A stretch of 64,000 nt of DNA from Nageia nagi (GCA_050084985.1 JBITNC010000001.1:91140001-91204000); one strand, 5' to 3'; shown: positions 1 through 13,534, numbered from the stretch's first letter. Program-made: numbers and translations. The notes: a model not told the origin generated them from the letters alone.

Positions 1-3000
1 CTATAAGTTGTAGCATCAGCCAACTGTGAATCTGAGCTCAATGGTACAACAATTCCAAGAGAAACAGGTATTGTAGCATATCTACACTCCTCCATTCCAA
101 ACTTTTGTAAGATGTCTGATATATACTTAGATTGACTAAGATAAGTACAATCTTTGTGTTGGTATACTTGCATCCCAAGATAGTAATGCAATAGACCTAG
201 ATCAGTCATTTCAAATGTTGCCTTTAGTTTGGATATGCACTCTTGGATTATTTCAATATTGTTGCTTGTTATGAGAATATCATCCACATAAAGGAGAATT
301 AAGACCACGTCTTTTCCTTGATTGAGTACATAGAGATCTGAGTTAGAAAAGCACTTGGAAAAACCAATATCTGTAAAGAATCCTGAAATTTTCTTGTACC
401 ATGCTCTAGGTGCTTGTTTAAGTCCATACAAAGACTTCTTTAGTTTGCACACAAGAGACTCTTTTCCTTCTGGAATAAATCCTTCTGGTTGATTCATGTA
501 GATTTCTACATCCAAGTCACCATTGAGAAATGCACTCTTGACATCAAGTTGGAAAACTTTCCATCCTTGAACTACAGAAAGAGCAAGGATTATCCTAACA
601 GTAGGCATCTTGGCCACAGGAGCAAAGGTTTCCTCATAATCAATACTATATCTCTGAGCAAATCCTTTGGCCACTAACCTTGCTTTGTATTTTTCAACTT
701 CTCCATCAGAATTATACTTGACCTTGTATATCCATTTATTTCCAATCACATTTTTCTCATTGGGATAAGGAACCAAATCCCAAGTTTCATTTTTCATGAG
801 TGCCTCATACTCAACTTTCATAGCTTCCATCCAACACTCTTGCTTGGAAGCTTCTTTGAATGTTGATGGCTCATTCATATTATCAATTTTGGCAAATAAG
901 GATTTATTCAAGGTCATACTCCTTGTAATTCTCTGAGCTGGAGAATTTTGCTCTTATGATGACTTCCCTACATGATCATTCAACCAGTTAGGTGCAGGCG
1001 TGGAATCATCTGAATCAGACACCTCAGCATGAGAAGTCGTATCCTCAGGAAGTTCATTGAACTTGACATCCCTAGAAACAAAGACTATTTTATGGGATGA
1101 GGAGTAGAGCCTGTAACCTCTATGCTAATTATCATACCCCACAAAGATGCATTTTTTTTATCTTTTATCTAGCTTCTTTCTTTTCTCTGAGGTAATGAAG
1201 GCAAATGCATCACATCCAAAGACCCTGAAGTGTGAGATGTTAGGTTTCTTTCCTATCCATGCTTCATACGGAGTTTTTCCTATAACTGCTTTAGTAGGAC
1301 ACCTATTTAGGGTGTGAATAGCAGTGTGAACAACTTCTCCCCATAAGAAACTAGGAAGGTTACCCAACATGCATCTTGCCATTTCCATAATGGTGCGATT
1401 CTTCCTTTCAGCAACTCCATTTTGCTGAGGGGTGTATGGGATTATGAATTACCGCTTGATCCCATGTTTAACATAATAGTCGTTAAACTCATTGCTATTA
1501 TACTCACCCCCATTATCAGATCTCAGCATTTTGATCTTGAAATTAGTTTAATTTTCAATAAGTGCCTTGAAGTCTTTAAATCGGTCAAAAGTTTGATCCT
1601 TGTGCTCAAGTAGATAACCAAATGTCATCCTACTGAAGTCATCAATGAAGGTCAGAACATAAGAAGCTCCCCTAGAGACTTAGTCTGAAATGGACCCATC
1701 AAATCTGAATGCACAAGCTGAAGAGGACAAGTAGCCCGAGTTGCCTTATCTTTTTCAAACTTTTGCCTATTCATCTTTCCTAGAATGCACCTTTCACAGA
1801 GACCAATTGTGGGTGAAATATTAGGTAAACCTTCCACAAGTGCTTAGTTTTCATATCTTGAATACTCTTATGGTTAAGGTGCCCTAATCGTTGATGCCAA
1901 ATATTACTATTTGAACAAATATTTGCAGCAAGACAAATCTTTGAAGGTACTTGATCCACAATATAAAGGTCATCCTTTACTGATCCTTTCATCAAGGTGG
2001 CAAGTCCTTTCTTAACACACTAGGAGTGTGAGGTAAACTCAAATGAGCATCCTTTCCTTGTAATCTGAATTACGGAGATGAGATTTATCCTCAGTTTAGG
2101 TACATAAAAGACATTATCAAGAGTCTTTCCATGAATCTTCACACTCCTTATTCCATGAACATCAAAAACTATATTATCACCTATCACAACTGCATCCTTT
2201 TTGTACTTATGAAAGTTTTCAAACTTATCCTTTTCATAACACATGTGATTAGTGCATCCTGAATCAACAATCCAATCATTTGAAATAGTTTGAGTCATTG
2301 AGTAGTAGGCAATAGTAGCAGTATGCTTGTTCTTCTTTTTATTATTGAAATTTCTCACATTTGCATTTCCTTTGCCTTTTTGAGCAAATTTCTTTTTGCG
2401 ATAATCATACTCTTTGTGCCCAAAGATGCCACAAAAGTTACAATTTCCATCAAACTTTTCCTGCGGTGTTGGTTTGCTTGATCCAGCTTTGTCATTCCTT
2501 TGCTTGAAGTTGTTGTGCTTCCTGATAGTAGATGAGGATTTGTTATCTTTGAATTTATAATGTTTGAACATCTTCTTGAAAGGAGTTTTGGTTGCTCCTA
2601 GAGCAATGCTATTATCCTTTGGAGAAATGTTCAACATTTTCTTGTTCAAAGTTTCCTCATGCTTCAGAAGGAGTCTAGAAAGGTTGTCAAGAGAGATAAC
2701 ATCTTCTTCATCATCGAGCCTAGTCTCCATAACTGTGATAAAGTTACTGAACTTTATAGAGAGGCTTTGAAGAATAATGAAGACCGTGAACTCATCATTG
2801 ATCCAATTGCACCCATAGCCAACCAGTTGTGTCCTGAGGTCAATGATTTTGTTCAAGTAGATTAAGGCACTTTCATCTTCTCCTTGATGATATTGCAACA
2901 ACTTTTGTAGAATGGTGAACCTTCTTGAAAATTTGGACCCAAGGTAAATTTTCTTTAGTCTATCCCAAGCTTCTTTTGCTGATGTCGAGGAAGAAATCAT

Positions 3001-3219
3001 GAGAAGGATGTCATCTGAAACTGCACGATAGATCATTGAGGTTGCTAACTCATTCTTTGAGTTGTAAATTTCAAGGGCCTTCTCATCTGTAGGAGCAACT
3101 AGATCTTCATTTATTGTCTGCCATAGCTTCCTTGCCTGTAATTCAACTCTCATATGAGGTTCCCATATGCCGAAGTTGGAACCGTCAAGTATGTGCTTGG
3201 GTATGAAGGTTTCAACCAT
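1..3219 (-). pseudogene. Disrupted gag-pol of element A (ATG at 3219)
   Basis: ORF pieces 2020-3273, 1780-1995, 1652-1837 and 1158-1388 are colinear copia polyprotein fragments broken by stops and frameshifts. Confidence 0.92.
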
Positions 3220-4098
3220 TGTTTGTACAAAAATAAATATGCAATAAGAATGCAAATTTTTACAAGTTTCCATCTATACAAATCAAACATAAGTAAACAT
3301 GTCCCACATGTGCAAACTTATAACCACGATCCGTAGAGGAATAAAGTTGGGGTTATTTTCTTGTATAGAATTAGGCCTTCACCTGGATGCCCACAAGGTG
3401 GAGCCCAGGTACTACCAGTCAACCAGTTCACCTTGGTCAGTAATATACTCTCACAAGGAGAAGTACCAACTATTTTCCAAGGATCCGATGTATCTTGGAT
3501 TAGCCATTTTAATTATCTTGATTAAGGTTTTCAATTTTCCTCCTAGGTTATCAGGATAATCCTTGAATGGACGTGCAGACATGTGGTATCACTACACACA
3601 TACCTGTCCACCTACTAGAGTTATGTCTAATCCAACAGAGGTCTTAGGGGCAATTAAGATGGACTTACCACCACTTGGGTCTTCGGACTAAAAGGGCTCC
3701 AGTCTGCCCTGTCCTCACCTTGTGGCTCCCCAAACAAGTCATGTTGTGGAAGAATACGTGCAGATGTGTTCATTTTAGGGGTTACTTTCAATATTTACAT
3801 TTTTGCAAGTATAAGCAAATTGTGCAAAAATATAAAGTAATGTAAAATTGCATCATCCACACGAGCTTGAAAAACCTTAAAAAGTCCAATGGGTTTTGTA
3901 CTAACCCCTAAAGGACTTTTACATTTTGTATATTTTGCTCAATTTATTCAAGCACTTAATGAATTGAAAAGAACTAAGTCCTACTTAGTATTTAATTCAT
4001 AACATGCAGTATTCGATGACTTAAAAAAATTTAAGTAATCATGCATCATGCATTATTTAACTTAAAAATTTAAGTCCTAAGCATGTTTTATTCTTAAA

Positions 4099-4258
4099 AC
4101 AAGATAAAGATACATGCATCATAAGTCTAGCATGCAATATCTAGATAAGGTTTACAAGATAAAGAGACATGCATCATAAGTCTAGCATGCAAGATCTAGA
4201 TAAGGTTTACAAGATAAAGAGACATGCATCACAAGTCTAGCATGCAAGATCTAGATAA
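4099..4258. repeat. 55-bp tandem repeat x~3 in the leader of element A
   Basis: Unit acaagataaagagacatgcatcataagtctagcatgcaagatctagataaggttt starts at 4099, 4154 and 4209. Confidence 0.95.
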
Positions 4259-6343
4259 AATTTAAGTAAAAATTATACCAATTCCCCCCTTTTCACTTAA
4301 AGTTTTATCCCTAAAAAATTGTATGCTAAGACTTGTCTTATAAGTATGCATTTTAAGTAGAAAATTTTCCCTTATTTACTTAAAAAATAGCATGCTTAGA
4401 CTAAATTACTATGCTTAGAAAAAAATGCTAAGAGGTTAGCATTAAAAAATTGCATGTGCACCTTAGTATTTTAAATATGCAATTTTGAGTAGAATATTAG
4501 AAATATTCTAAATACTCCTAAGTGCATTTAATGGGAGCAATTGACTTGTAAGCAAGTAAGTAAAAAAATTAAATGCCTAAGAAGTATATGTGTGCAAGTT
4601 GTAATAGGAGACCCATACCCCTATTTTTAATGCTTCTTCTACCTTAAGCACTAAAAAATACTCTAAGTCAATAAATAATTAAATGCTTTGTAATTTTAAA
4701 ATATGACCCCCCCCTTTTTCTTCCACCAAGAAAAGCATATATTGCTTTTGGAAGAGCAAAAATGCAAGTAGTCAACTAAACAAATTTAATGTATTTAAGT
4801 GCATTAAAGTGACTAAGAAGACTTGCAAGAAGTTGGCAGCCATCAACCTTGACCGTGGGAAGGAGGAGGACCTTCATGGAGGCACTATAGGACAGCCTAT
4901 GGAGGTGATGGTGGCCAAGCTTAGAAGAAGACTTGATGGTGAGGGAGGAGGAGAGGAAGCGCTGTGTCTCTGCAAGCTGGTGAGGGGGCTACGGTAGGGA
5001 GACCACTGTTTTCGTGTGGAGGGAGAGAGCGTAGCTGATGCACGTGAGGAGGGTGGTGTTGTGAGCGAAAATGAGTACTGACTGTCTCCCATTACCAATT
5101 ATCTGGTTTTACAGAGCCAATTTCATCTATAGAATCTGAGTTGGGGGCATCTCTCGTGTGTTTCAAAGATCATGGAGAAAGGCTACCGACGAGGGAGGAG
5201 GAGCACTGAGATGAGGAGGGAGAAAGGTTGCCAGCGAGGGATGAGGCACTGTTGACGTGTGCGAGGAGGAGACATAGTCCTGTAATCCATGAAACTCTAT
5301 CTGCTTCATGCATCTTATCAAACAATTCGAGTATCACTCCATTTTATGCATATCCTGAGATCATTGCAGTCCACGCAACACAGTCTGGAGGCCACCGGTG
5401 AGAGGAGGCAGTCGTGTGTTCAACATTTCCTGCACTTCGTACGTGTGAGAGAGTTGTTTTCTCAAGCAAGGGCATCATCTATGGAAACTGAACGTGAGCA
5501 TGCGCATCGTCTATGGCAACAACATTGTCAAGCAATTCGTAAGTGTGCATTTTTGTCAAACAATGTCATGTGGCTTCCACATTTTGCACACAGGCCAGGG
5601 AGTGCAGTAGGTTAGGGCAGGGCCACGGTAATGGCAACGGTGCTCATACGACTTTAAACTTTGTAAAAAACAATATTTCGCCCCTCGTCATTTCATCTCC
5701 TTCCGATTGCTATTATCCACAGCTTGCTTTCGTGGATTTTGTCAAACAATTCACGACCTACTCTCTAATGTTTACAAAGTTAATATTGTATTCCTCCCAA
5801 TAATAACAATAATAATTTTTACATGGTGTTTAACTATTTTGTAAACTTTATTATTTTTCCCCCCCCAAAAATTTATAATTTTTGAAAAATATATTGTAAA
5901 TATTTCAAAAAACTTGTAAATAAAGTCCTCCACTTTATTTCAACAATAACATATGTAAAAAATTGCACCTTCCTCTTTTTTTTTGATATTTTTCACAAAA
6001 GACTATTGTAAAAAAAAAAAATTCAATAAGATGCTATCATAATATATTTTTGCTCACAAAAAAGGCATTTTCTTTGTACATTAAAAATAGATTACTAACA
6101 TAAAATATTGTTAGTAAGAAGAGAGTAGCAAAAATATATTATGGTATTTGAAGTTATTTTTGCTAAGACATTGAGCTAGCATAATCATACAAAAAATTAG
6201 TATCATAATGAACTTAGTTAAAGAAGGATAGAAGGTTATACCTTTGCAAACCTTTTACCTCACAATGAAGATTAGGATTAAGATCTCCAAATTTGAGAAG
6301 GATGAAGAACCTCCAAAATGTAGAAGAAGAGCTTCCACACCAA

Positions 6344-6356
6344 GCTCTAGATACCA
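6344..6356 (-). promoter_or_regulatory. Primer-binding site (tRNA-iMet type) of element A
   Basis: Minus strand reads tggtatctagagc, 2 nt after the LTR-terminal CA. The canonical site is TGGTATCAGAGC. Confidence 0.9.
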
Positions 6357-6358
6357 AT

Positions 6359-6859
6359 TGAGAGAATTAGCACTACTCTAATTCCCAAGGTCCAAGACTA
6401 TAGAAAGCTCAATCACATTCAACATACAACATCTACAAGCTACTAACACATTCACACAATATGACACCAATATAATGTGGTTCCTCCCTCCTTGGGAGTA
6501 CATCCACAACTAGTTCTCTATTCTCAATCTATGCACCTCTTACTACAATTCTCTTCCTCTCCTACACAACCTAGTAGAGTAATCTTACTCCAAAACTTAG
6601 ATGTGTTTACAAGAGGAGAGGCCCTCTATTTATAGCTTGAGAGCACCTCCCTAACCTCCCTTTAACCCAAGGGTAAGGTTAGGGTTACAATAAATGTGTG
6701 ACCTAACTTTAACCTACCAACTAACCCCATGGTTAGGTCAAAGTCCACACATAATAAAGAATTCAGTTAATCCCTTAAGGTATCTACATATCCTTTAAGT
6801 GATTAATTGAACTTACAAGGAGTTTAGATATTCACAATATTTCATTACAAATTCTAACA
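6359..6859 (-). repeat. 5' LTR of element A (501 bp)
   Basis: Minus strand tgttagaatttgtaatg...ctctca, with TATA ctataaatag and an adjacent PBS. Distantly similar to the B and C LTRs. Confidence 0.9.
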
Positions 6860-7213
6860 AGTGTTCCATCAAAGAACAAAACATGTAGAAATCCATGCCC
6901 ATTTTATTAGGGAGAAGGTTCTTGATAGCATCATGCACCTAGAGTATTATCCATCCACCTTAAACTCCATTGATTTGTTCACCAAGCCCCTCCTAGAAGC
7001 TTAATTTTGTAAGCTTAGGGATGCTATCAGGTTGGTGAAGTTGCCATCAAGGGGGAGTGAAGTTTGAATTCTTATGTTGAATTCATGTTTGTGATGACAA
7101 CTTCACCCTTAAGAGAATTTTATGCTGTATAGTGTTGATTTTGTTGTACACCTTCATGGTAAGTTTGCTTTGCATGAGAAACTTGTACAAAATTTTAAAG
7201 CAAAAAGATTGAC

Positions 7214-7536
7214 CAATCTAGCATTATTTAGTTATCCATATGTGACGAACTCTTATATGTCTTTTGGCACTATTCAGTTATCCATATGTGAGGAACTCGT
7301 ATGTGCATACTCTATTTTTGGTCAATCTAGCACTGTTCAATTATCCATGTGTGAGGAACTCTTATGTGTCTTTTGGCACTATTCAGTTATCCATATGTAA
7401 GGAACTCGTATGTGCATACTCTATTTTTGGTCAATCTAGCACTATTCAGTTATCCATGTGTGAGGAACTCTTATGTGTCTTTTGGCACTATTCAATTATC
7501 CATATATGAGCAACTCGTATGTGCATGCTCTATTTT
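7214..7536. repeat. 109-bp higher-order tandem repeat x3 (46+63 bp related subunits) in the 3' UTR of element B
   Basis: caatctagca recurs at 7214, 7323 and 7432. Each unit has two copies of gcactattcagttatccatRtgtgaggaactcKtatgtg. Confidence 0.95.
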
Positions 7537-8001
7537 GTAATGATAATCAACACATATTTTATATACAACAGATGACTATACGTTTTTAGCATGGCATCTT
7601 CATGATGATTTATAGTGCACCATTGATCAGTTCATGATGGCATTTGTGTGATTCATCTATCCTTGTTGATATGAATATGATGCATCTAACTGATCTTGTT
7701 ACTTGAGCTGCTTATGACTTGTAGGTTCCTTTGAGATTACAGGTTACTTACCTTAGGTATGCAGGCTCTTGGAGACTCTTCATGACTTCCAATTGGATGA
7801 CTACTTCATGTACATTGAAACCGATTGTGGTTAATGATTGTATTTGGCAAAGTTGTGAGTCTCAAACTAGATCTTTCTTTCTTACTTCACAAATATGTAA
7901 AAAGTTCTCATCTCCATTGTATCTATTTGGAGGAGAACTCTCTTACTTTCCCTTCTTCTTCTCTCTTACTTGCTCTATCCCTATATTGCATTAAGGGGGA
8001 G

Positions 8002-8496
8002 TGTTGGAATGTATAATGCATTATTGTAAAGGTTTGTATGAAATCTTTTATATAAGTTCATTAATACTTGAGGGTATCATTTGATACCTTAAGTATTTAA
8101 GTGAATATGATAATGTAACTTGTCCTACACTCCATGTCATGAGCATGCCCCTTGGGTAAAAAGATGTGCATGTCATGCTTTTGTACATTGGATAAAAGGG
8201 TGATCCAAAGAGGGATTTTGGCCTATAAATAGAAGGCTCCATCTTTGTGATTACAAACCAATTATGGAGTAAAGTTATGCTATAGGATAGAATGTGTAGG
8301 AGTTGAGATTAGGAGGATTGTAAGAGAGTTGTATTTATGATTGAAGTAAAGATCTAGTTAGTGGATGTACTCCTAGTTGGAGGAACCACTTACATCTTAT
8401 GTTGTGAGATTGCTTTATGAGTTTGTTATATGTAATTGTGAGCTTTTGTGTGATCTTGGTTTATTAGGAATTATCTTGTTAGTGTTAGTTCCTTCA
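8002..8496 (+). repeat. 3' LTR of element B (495 bp)
   Basis: tgttggaatgtataatg...ccttca directly after the PPT, with TATA cctataaatag. Homologous to the LTRs of element C. Confidence 0.88.
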
Positions 8497-9100
8497 ATTA
8501 GAGCTAAAAGCATTGGAATCTTGAGAAATAATCTACAAATTAAGAGGAATATGACCATGATGGGAGGATCTGATGAAGTATGCTCTAGATTGTAAGCTTA
8601 ATATTTTCCTTCTTCCTTACAATTATTTTATGGTTATATTTAAGGATGTGAAGGAATGGGATAGGGTAGTGGAGAATAAAGGATCTTATTTTTATGGTTA
8701 TACTTTTTATTGGTCTTTTGATTTCAACCCCTTTTCTAAATAGATCTCTATTCTTCTTTTTATAGTGAATTTGTATGCCTTACATGCTGAGTTTTAGAGC
8801 TAGAAATCCATTACAAAAATCAAATATACCATTGGTATTTTCCTAAGCTCTAATTACCATACTTTTGAAAATGTAAAGAGAAAATGAGACCTATAAAAGG
8901 TGAGATTTATAGTATAAATGAATAAATTGAAGCCTTGCCATCAGTTTATTACTCTTACCTAGAATGGGTGAAAGTGGAACTAGAGCATTGAGTATGAGAA
9001 TTTCTCTCTAAGATGTTATCTCTATCAAAAAATAGGCCACATGAAGAGGAACTGTCCATTGAGAAAATATCATAAGTCTATCTCAGTTGCATCTTCATAG
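8497..9100 (+). pseudogene. Degenerate LINE ORF1 remnant (DUF4283 plus zf-CCHC_4-like)
   Basis: Fragments GSYF...YWSFDFNP (~8680-8730) and IEYENFSLRCYLYQKIGHMKRNCP (~8988-9058) match the plant L1 ORF1 pattern. Many stops. Confidence 0.55.
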
Positions 9101-9723
9101 ATGGATTCCTTTGAATCCCTTCTAAATGATTACAGTTTGGATGGAGATTATCAAGAGGTGGATCAGTTCCTAGATTTCCACAAAAGCCAAGATTGCAAAG
9201 AAGATAAGAATGAATGCCCCCATAATGGAGTGGGCTTATCAAATGGACATTAAGTTGAAAGTGGACAACTTACAAAAGGATCCCCCTTTTATAAATTTGA
9301 GAAAGGATATTATGTGAATGGGGAGCAAATATTAATCAATAAGCCTCCAACAGAACATAAGACTACCATAATAGAGAAGAACTTTGAAAATAAAAACTCC
9401 AAAGTATCTCTCTTTGGATCTTTGAAGGAAATGACTATGAAAAAATCATCTAAATATTTAAATATTATAGGCAAAAACTTAACAACAAACTACAAAGCTT
9501 TAACAGAAGATGTTGAGGAAGGAACTCATAGATATTATTTGAGAATATTGAATTATAATAATGCATTTTCAAACTTAGAAAAATATATTGAGAAAACTAC
9601 ATGAGCTATGGAGACCGTATTTAGCTACGATAACCATAGTAATTGTAGTTTGGATGTATAATCTTGATGTATGAGTTTGATATAGTTGGTTGATGGGTAG
9701 TCATTAATAGGATATATATTATA

Positions 9724-9832
<109 letters not shown>

Positions 9833-10457
9833 CTCATTGAAAATATATGAATTTTTGTAAAGACATGTTTTGGGGACCTTATATAAAAAATCCCCTCAAT
9901 TTACCCTTACCAAAAAGAAAAAAGTCGGATAAATATCCCAATATATACTTAATAAAATAAACATCTACTAAATGAAAATATAAAAAAATTAATTATATAG
10001 ATATAACAATGATATAAAATCTTATCATTATTGAAATCGCATTATGTACATAATAGTCTTATAAAGATAAATTTTGTAAAAATAATCTAATTAATAATGT
10101 AATAAAATCTAATAAACATCTTAATGTACACATAATGAAATGAATATCTAATAAATGAAAAAGCAAAAAATGGTTACATAGGTATAATAGTGATGTAAAT
10201 CCTCATCGTTCCTCATAATCATATTATATACAATATATTGCACATGATGTATAACATCATATGTATTATGTAATTAGACTTACAACTCAATGGTTTTTAC
10301 TTATTTAACTCTAAAAACCCTAATTGCAATGTTGGTGGCTTTGAATTTAGTTCAAGGGTATCAAGAAACACATAATTTATTATTGTCTTTGAGATGGAGT
10401 TAATATGCTAAATTTCAATATCATATGCCAAGGATGAATTTGGTGTTTTAAATATGA

Positions 10458-12800
10458 TTTTTTGCTCTTATTAATAGTGGAAAGTGGGGTTTTGAGGATC
10501 CCTCACCTTTACAATTTCAATCAATAAGGTTGGAGGTATTCTCCTTAAATAATATACTTACAAAAAATATAAGTAAATACTGAAATCAAACCTAAACCAA
10601 AGCCAATAGGGTGGCTACCACCCAAAAGTGGGATTATATCTGTACAACCATGATTGAAAGTATTCTCCATAGACAACATACTTATAAAAAGAAACCAAAT
10701 GTAAAAGTCGAAACCATGACTAAACCATGACCAAGATGGATCTTGTACCTACTACCAATAAAAAGTGGGATCTTGTCTCTACAACCAAGATGAAATCAAA
10801 TAAAAAAAATAAAAAAGAAGGTATATCCTGCCCCTAGGTCATTCATTGGTAACCTACATACATGATTTTCTTTAGCTCTGAGAACACCAGAACAATGAGT
10901 TTCATAGTTACAAAAAGGGCATCAATTACTTCCTCTAGATTCTTAATTTGGAGTTGCATCCCAAAGTTTTCCATGCTAATTGAAACCTTTGCCTTACTCT
11001 TCTTTCCCAAAGATGGTTCTCCCACTACCTTTCTTTTTTTTTCGATCCAAGGAGGAATATGAAAAATCCTTTGAGATCTCAGGTTGAAGCAATGATAACT
11101 ATTATTCATTTCTCATTCTCTTTTCTTTTGGCATGGTTTTCACCAAGTGATTAGGCTCCTCTTTCTTGCTAGTTGGAGCTTTATCAATTTTGGCCACCTC
11201 TAAGAAGGAGGGGTCTTTCTCACTAGAAGAAACCTCCTCTTGCTCCTTTGAATTTTGGGAAGATGAAATTGGGATCTTTAGTTATTTCTTAATTGACTTT
11301 GCCACTTTTGGAGTCTCTTCTTGCTTGATTCTAAGTCACCAAATAATGATTTAAAGGTAAGTCTTGTTGGAGTTTGACATCCTCTCGTCAACTTTTTCTT
11401 CTCCTGAACATGTTGTGAAAGCAACATGAGGACTCTAATGTGCCTTAACAATGATAACTTCCCTTGTTGGAAAGTATTGAATAGGAGGAGGGGGATATTT
11501 AATGGTTAGTGACCTTGAATGCGCTTCAAAAAGGTGAAATGAAAGCTTCTCACCACATCTTAGCTTTCATCCAATGTGAGAAAATACGTTACTATTAAGA
11601 CCACATCCCCCTACAATGTCGACAAATAAGTTCTTAGGAAACCATGAGAAAACCAAACTAGTTACAAACTCAATATACCCTCTTTGTTGTAGAAGAGGTC
11701 AACCTCATTTTTTAGTACAACTCTAACCTCCCACTCAGATTCAACAATAATTGGCTTAAGATGATATGAAGCCATGATTAGTTGAATGAAGACAAAGAAA
11801 GAATACACACGAAAATGAGAAAGACTATTACAAGGGGGTATAAGAGGAGAGCATATCATGTAACTTTGCCAACAATGATGAAATCTTAAAGCTTGACCAC
11901 CCCCACATAAGGCAATAAGCCATGATGTAAGATATGGATTTAGTTTACCATTAAAGTCACAACATCTCCTCCCTAATTTCATTGTATGGTGCCAACCGTT
12001 CGTTGGATGCACCCAATCATGTGACAAGTAAGAGTTCGTACCCAGTGGATCCAATTCAAGGATGCCAACTTACACATGAAACACTACATCGTGACACCAA
12101 ATACATCACGTATGTTGTAATTTTTGTATCTTGGATCTATAGATGAACCTCAAATTGGAAGGTAGGGTATTGGGAATAGGGATTTTCAATTCAATCAAGA
12201 GAAGCCCCGACCTCCAGGGAAAAAATAACGAAAGGTTCTTATTAGGAGGGGGAGGGGTCCTATAAGTCATAAGAGATATCTTCCATTGCCAGTATAATAA
12301 GAGATTATGGAGGTTCCTCCTCCTAATTTAAAAACTCCTCTTAAATAAGGCCCATGTTTGCTAGTAAATATGCTAAGTCATTACCTTCTTTAAGTGTATG
12401 CCTTATTTAGAATTATGCCAATTCAGATAGCCAAGGTTTTATCTCATCAAACATCCTCACCTAGTTCCAAGTAGGTTCCCATGTACTTCTTATGGTATTG
12501 ATGATATTCATGGAGTCACCTTCGATAATCACTTTTTCAAAGGCTTTACGTGTTAAATTTTTTATGCCTTGGAAAGCTACCCTTGTGTCTACAAAGTGAT
12601 TAGATTGATATCTAATGCTTTCTACATAGGCTACCAAAATAAACCCTTGATGGTATTTGATTGCCCTCCCCCTCTTCTCTCCTCACCCTAGAATCTCCTG
12701 GGTTGCCTTTAGAGGCAATGTTAAAATTTAACTTCACCTGCCAATTAAGGGGGCAATCTATTTTATGAAGAATCTATCCACCTTCACCTCCTCATTTGAG
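10458..12800 (-). mobile_element. Old, degenerate 3' part of an RNase H-bearing LINE with a downstream extra ORF
   Basis: Minus strand ~12760-12420 has RNase H-like (RVT_3) remnants (VKLNF...KGNPG, IIEGDS). Downstream ORF relics follow (TFLKRIQGH ~11530; ORF 10843-11109), then a 3' tail similar to the LINE at 24251-27416. Boundaries are approximate. Confidence 0.6.
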
Positions 12801-13122
12801 ATCCTTTTGTGACTCATAAAAGTACATGATTAAAGTCTTCAAATGGATAAAATAAATAGTCAAAATAAATACGATGAATTACAATGATACAAGATGCAAT
12901 AGATAAAACATATTCTAATTGTATGTAATAACGTAAATAAAATATGTATATTACAAATATATCAAAATCCATTCCTTTTTTAATCAACGAAACAATTCAA
13001 ATAGTAAAAAAAAATTTGCTAAAAAAATTATTCTTTTAACTTATTATTTTATGGATGATCTATGCACCTTAACACATCATTCTTAAAATCTCTTTAAAAA
13101 AAAATAGAATACATATAAAAAA

Positions 13123-13328
13123 TATATAAAACCTCCAAAAAAATCATTAGTCCAATATAATGAACCAACCTAATCTTATACGTGTCTAAAATTAGAGTGC
13201 ATATTATCAGACATCCCAATAAAAAATATTTAAAACCTCCAACAAAAAAAAATCGTTATTTCAATATAATGAACCAACCTAATCTTATACATGCCCAAAA
13301 CTAGAACGTGTAATATTATGCATCCCAT
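13123..13328. repeat. Imperfect ~105-bp tandem duplication upstream of the gene
   Basis: taaaacctccaa...caatataatgaaccaacctaatcttatac...catccca occurs twice. Confidence 0.8.
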
Positions 13329-13444
13329 ACACATGTAAAATATTTAATATTCCAAATTAACATATGAAAGCAAAGGTAAAGATAACATTTAATGTCCTTT
13401 AAACCTATTGATTTATAGGACCAAGCATTTTTAAATATCACTAA

Positions 13445-13534
13445 TGTAGAAAGTGGGAGTTGAACTTAATACCTTTAACATGGGTACCTTCACTCCTCAC
13501 TTGTCTCCCAACTCCCCTCACAAGAGATGATATG
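13445..13534 (-). mobile_element. Degenerate tRNA-derived SINE head
   Basis: gtgggagttgaact (B-box-like on the minus strand) and ccaactcccctcacaag resemble the copies at 15593 and 56319. Confidence 0.4.

Larger units (their letters stand above)
1..6859 (-). mobile_element. Ty1/copia LTR retrotransposon 'A' (5' LTR, long leader, gag-PR-INT-RT); 3' part lies left of the window
   Basis: Minus-strand translation gives copia domain order: gag with zinc knuckle (CNFCGIFGHKEYDY), protease WIVDSGCTNHM, GAG-pre-integrase IWHQRLGHLN, integrase LVHSDLMGP, and RT (YVDD region near 290). TG...CA LTR and PBS are present. It is inserted into the RNase H of element B. Confidence 0.95.
6860..8496 (+). mobile_element. 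3' end of Ty1/copia element 'B' (RNase H C-terminus, 3' UTR, PPT, 3' LTR); same family as element C
   Basis: 6861-7067 translates VFHQRTKHVEIHAHFIREKV...DLFTKPL...SRGSEV*. Colinear with 51453-52872. PPT aagggggag at 7993-8001. Confidence 0.93.

Noticed and set aside
4809-5803. Short ORFs in the GC-rich leader of element A (and 45768-46203 in C) as accessory genes
   Set aside because: No motifs, not conserved between A and C, and expected by chance in GC-richer sequence.
6645-6740. Interstitial telomeric repeat (ggttagggtt / ctaacc motifs)
   Set aside because: Scattered degenerate motifs inside the U3 of LTR A, not a tandem TTTAGGG array.
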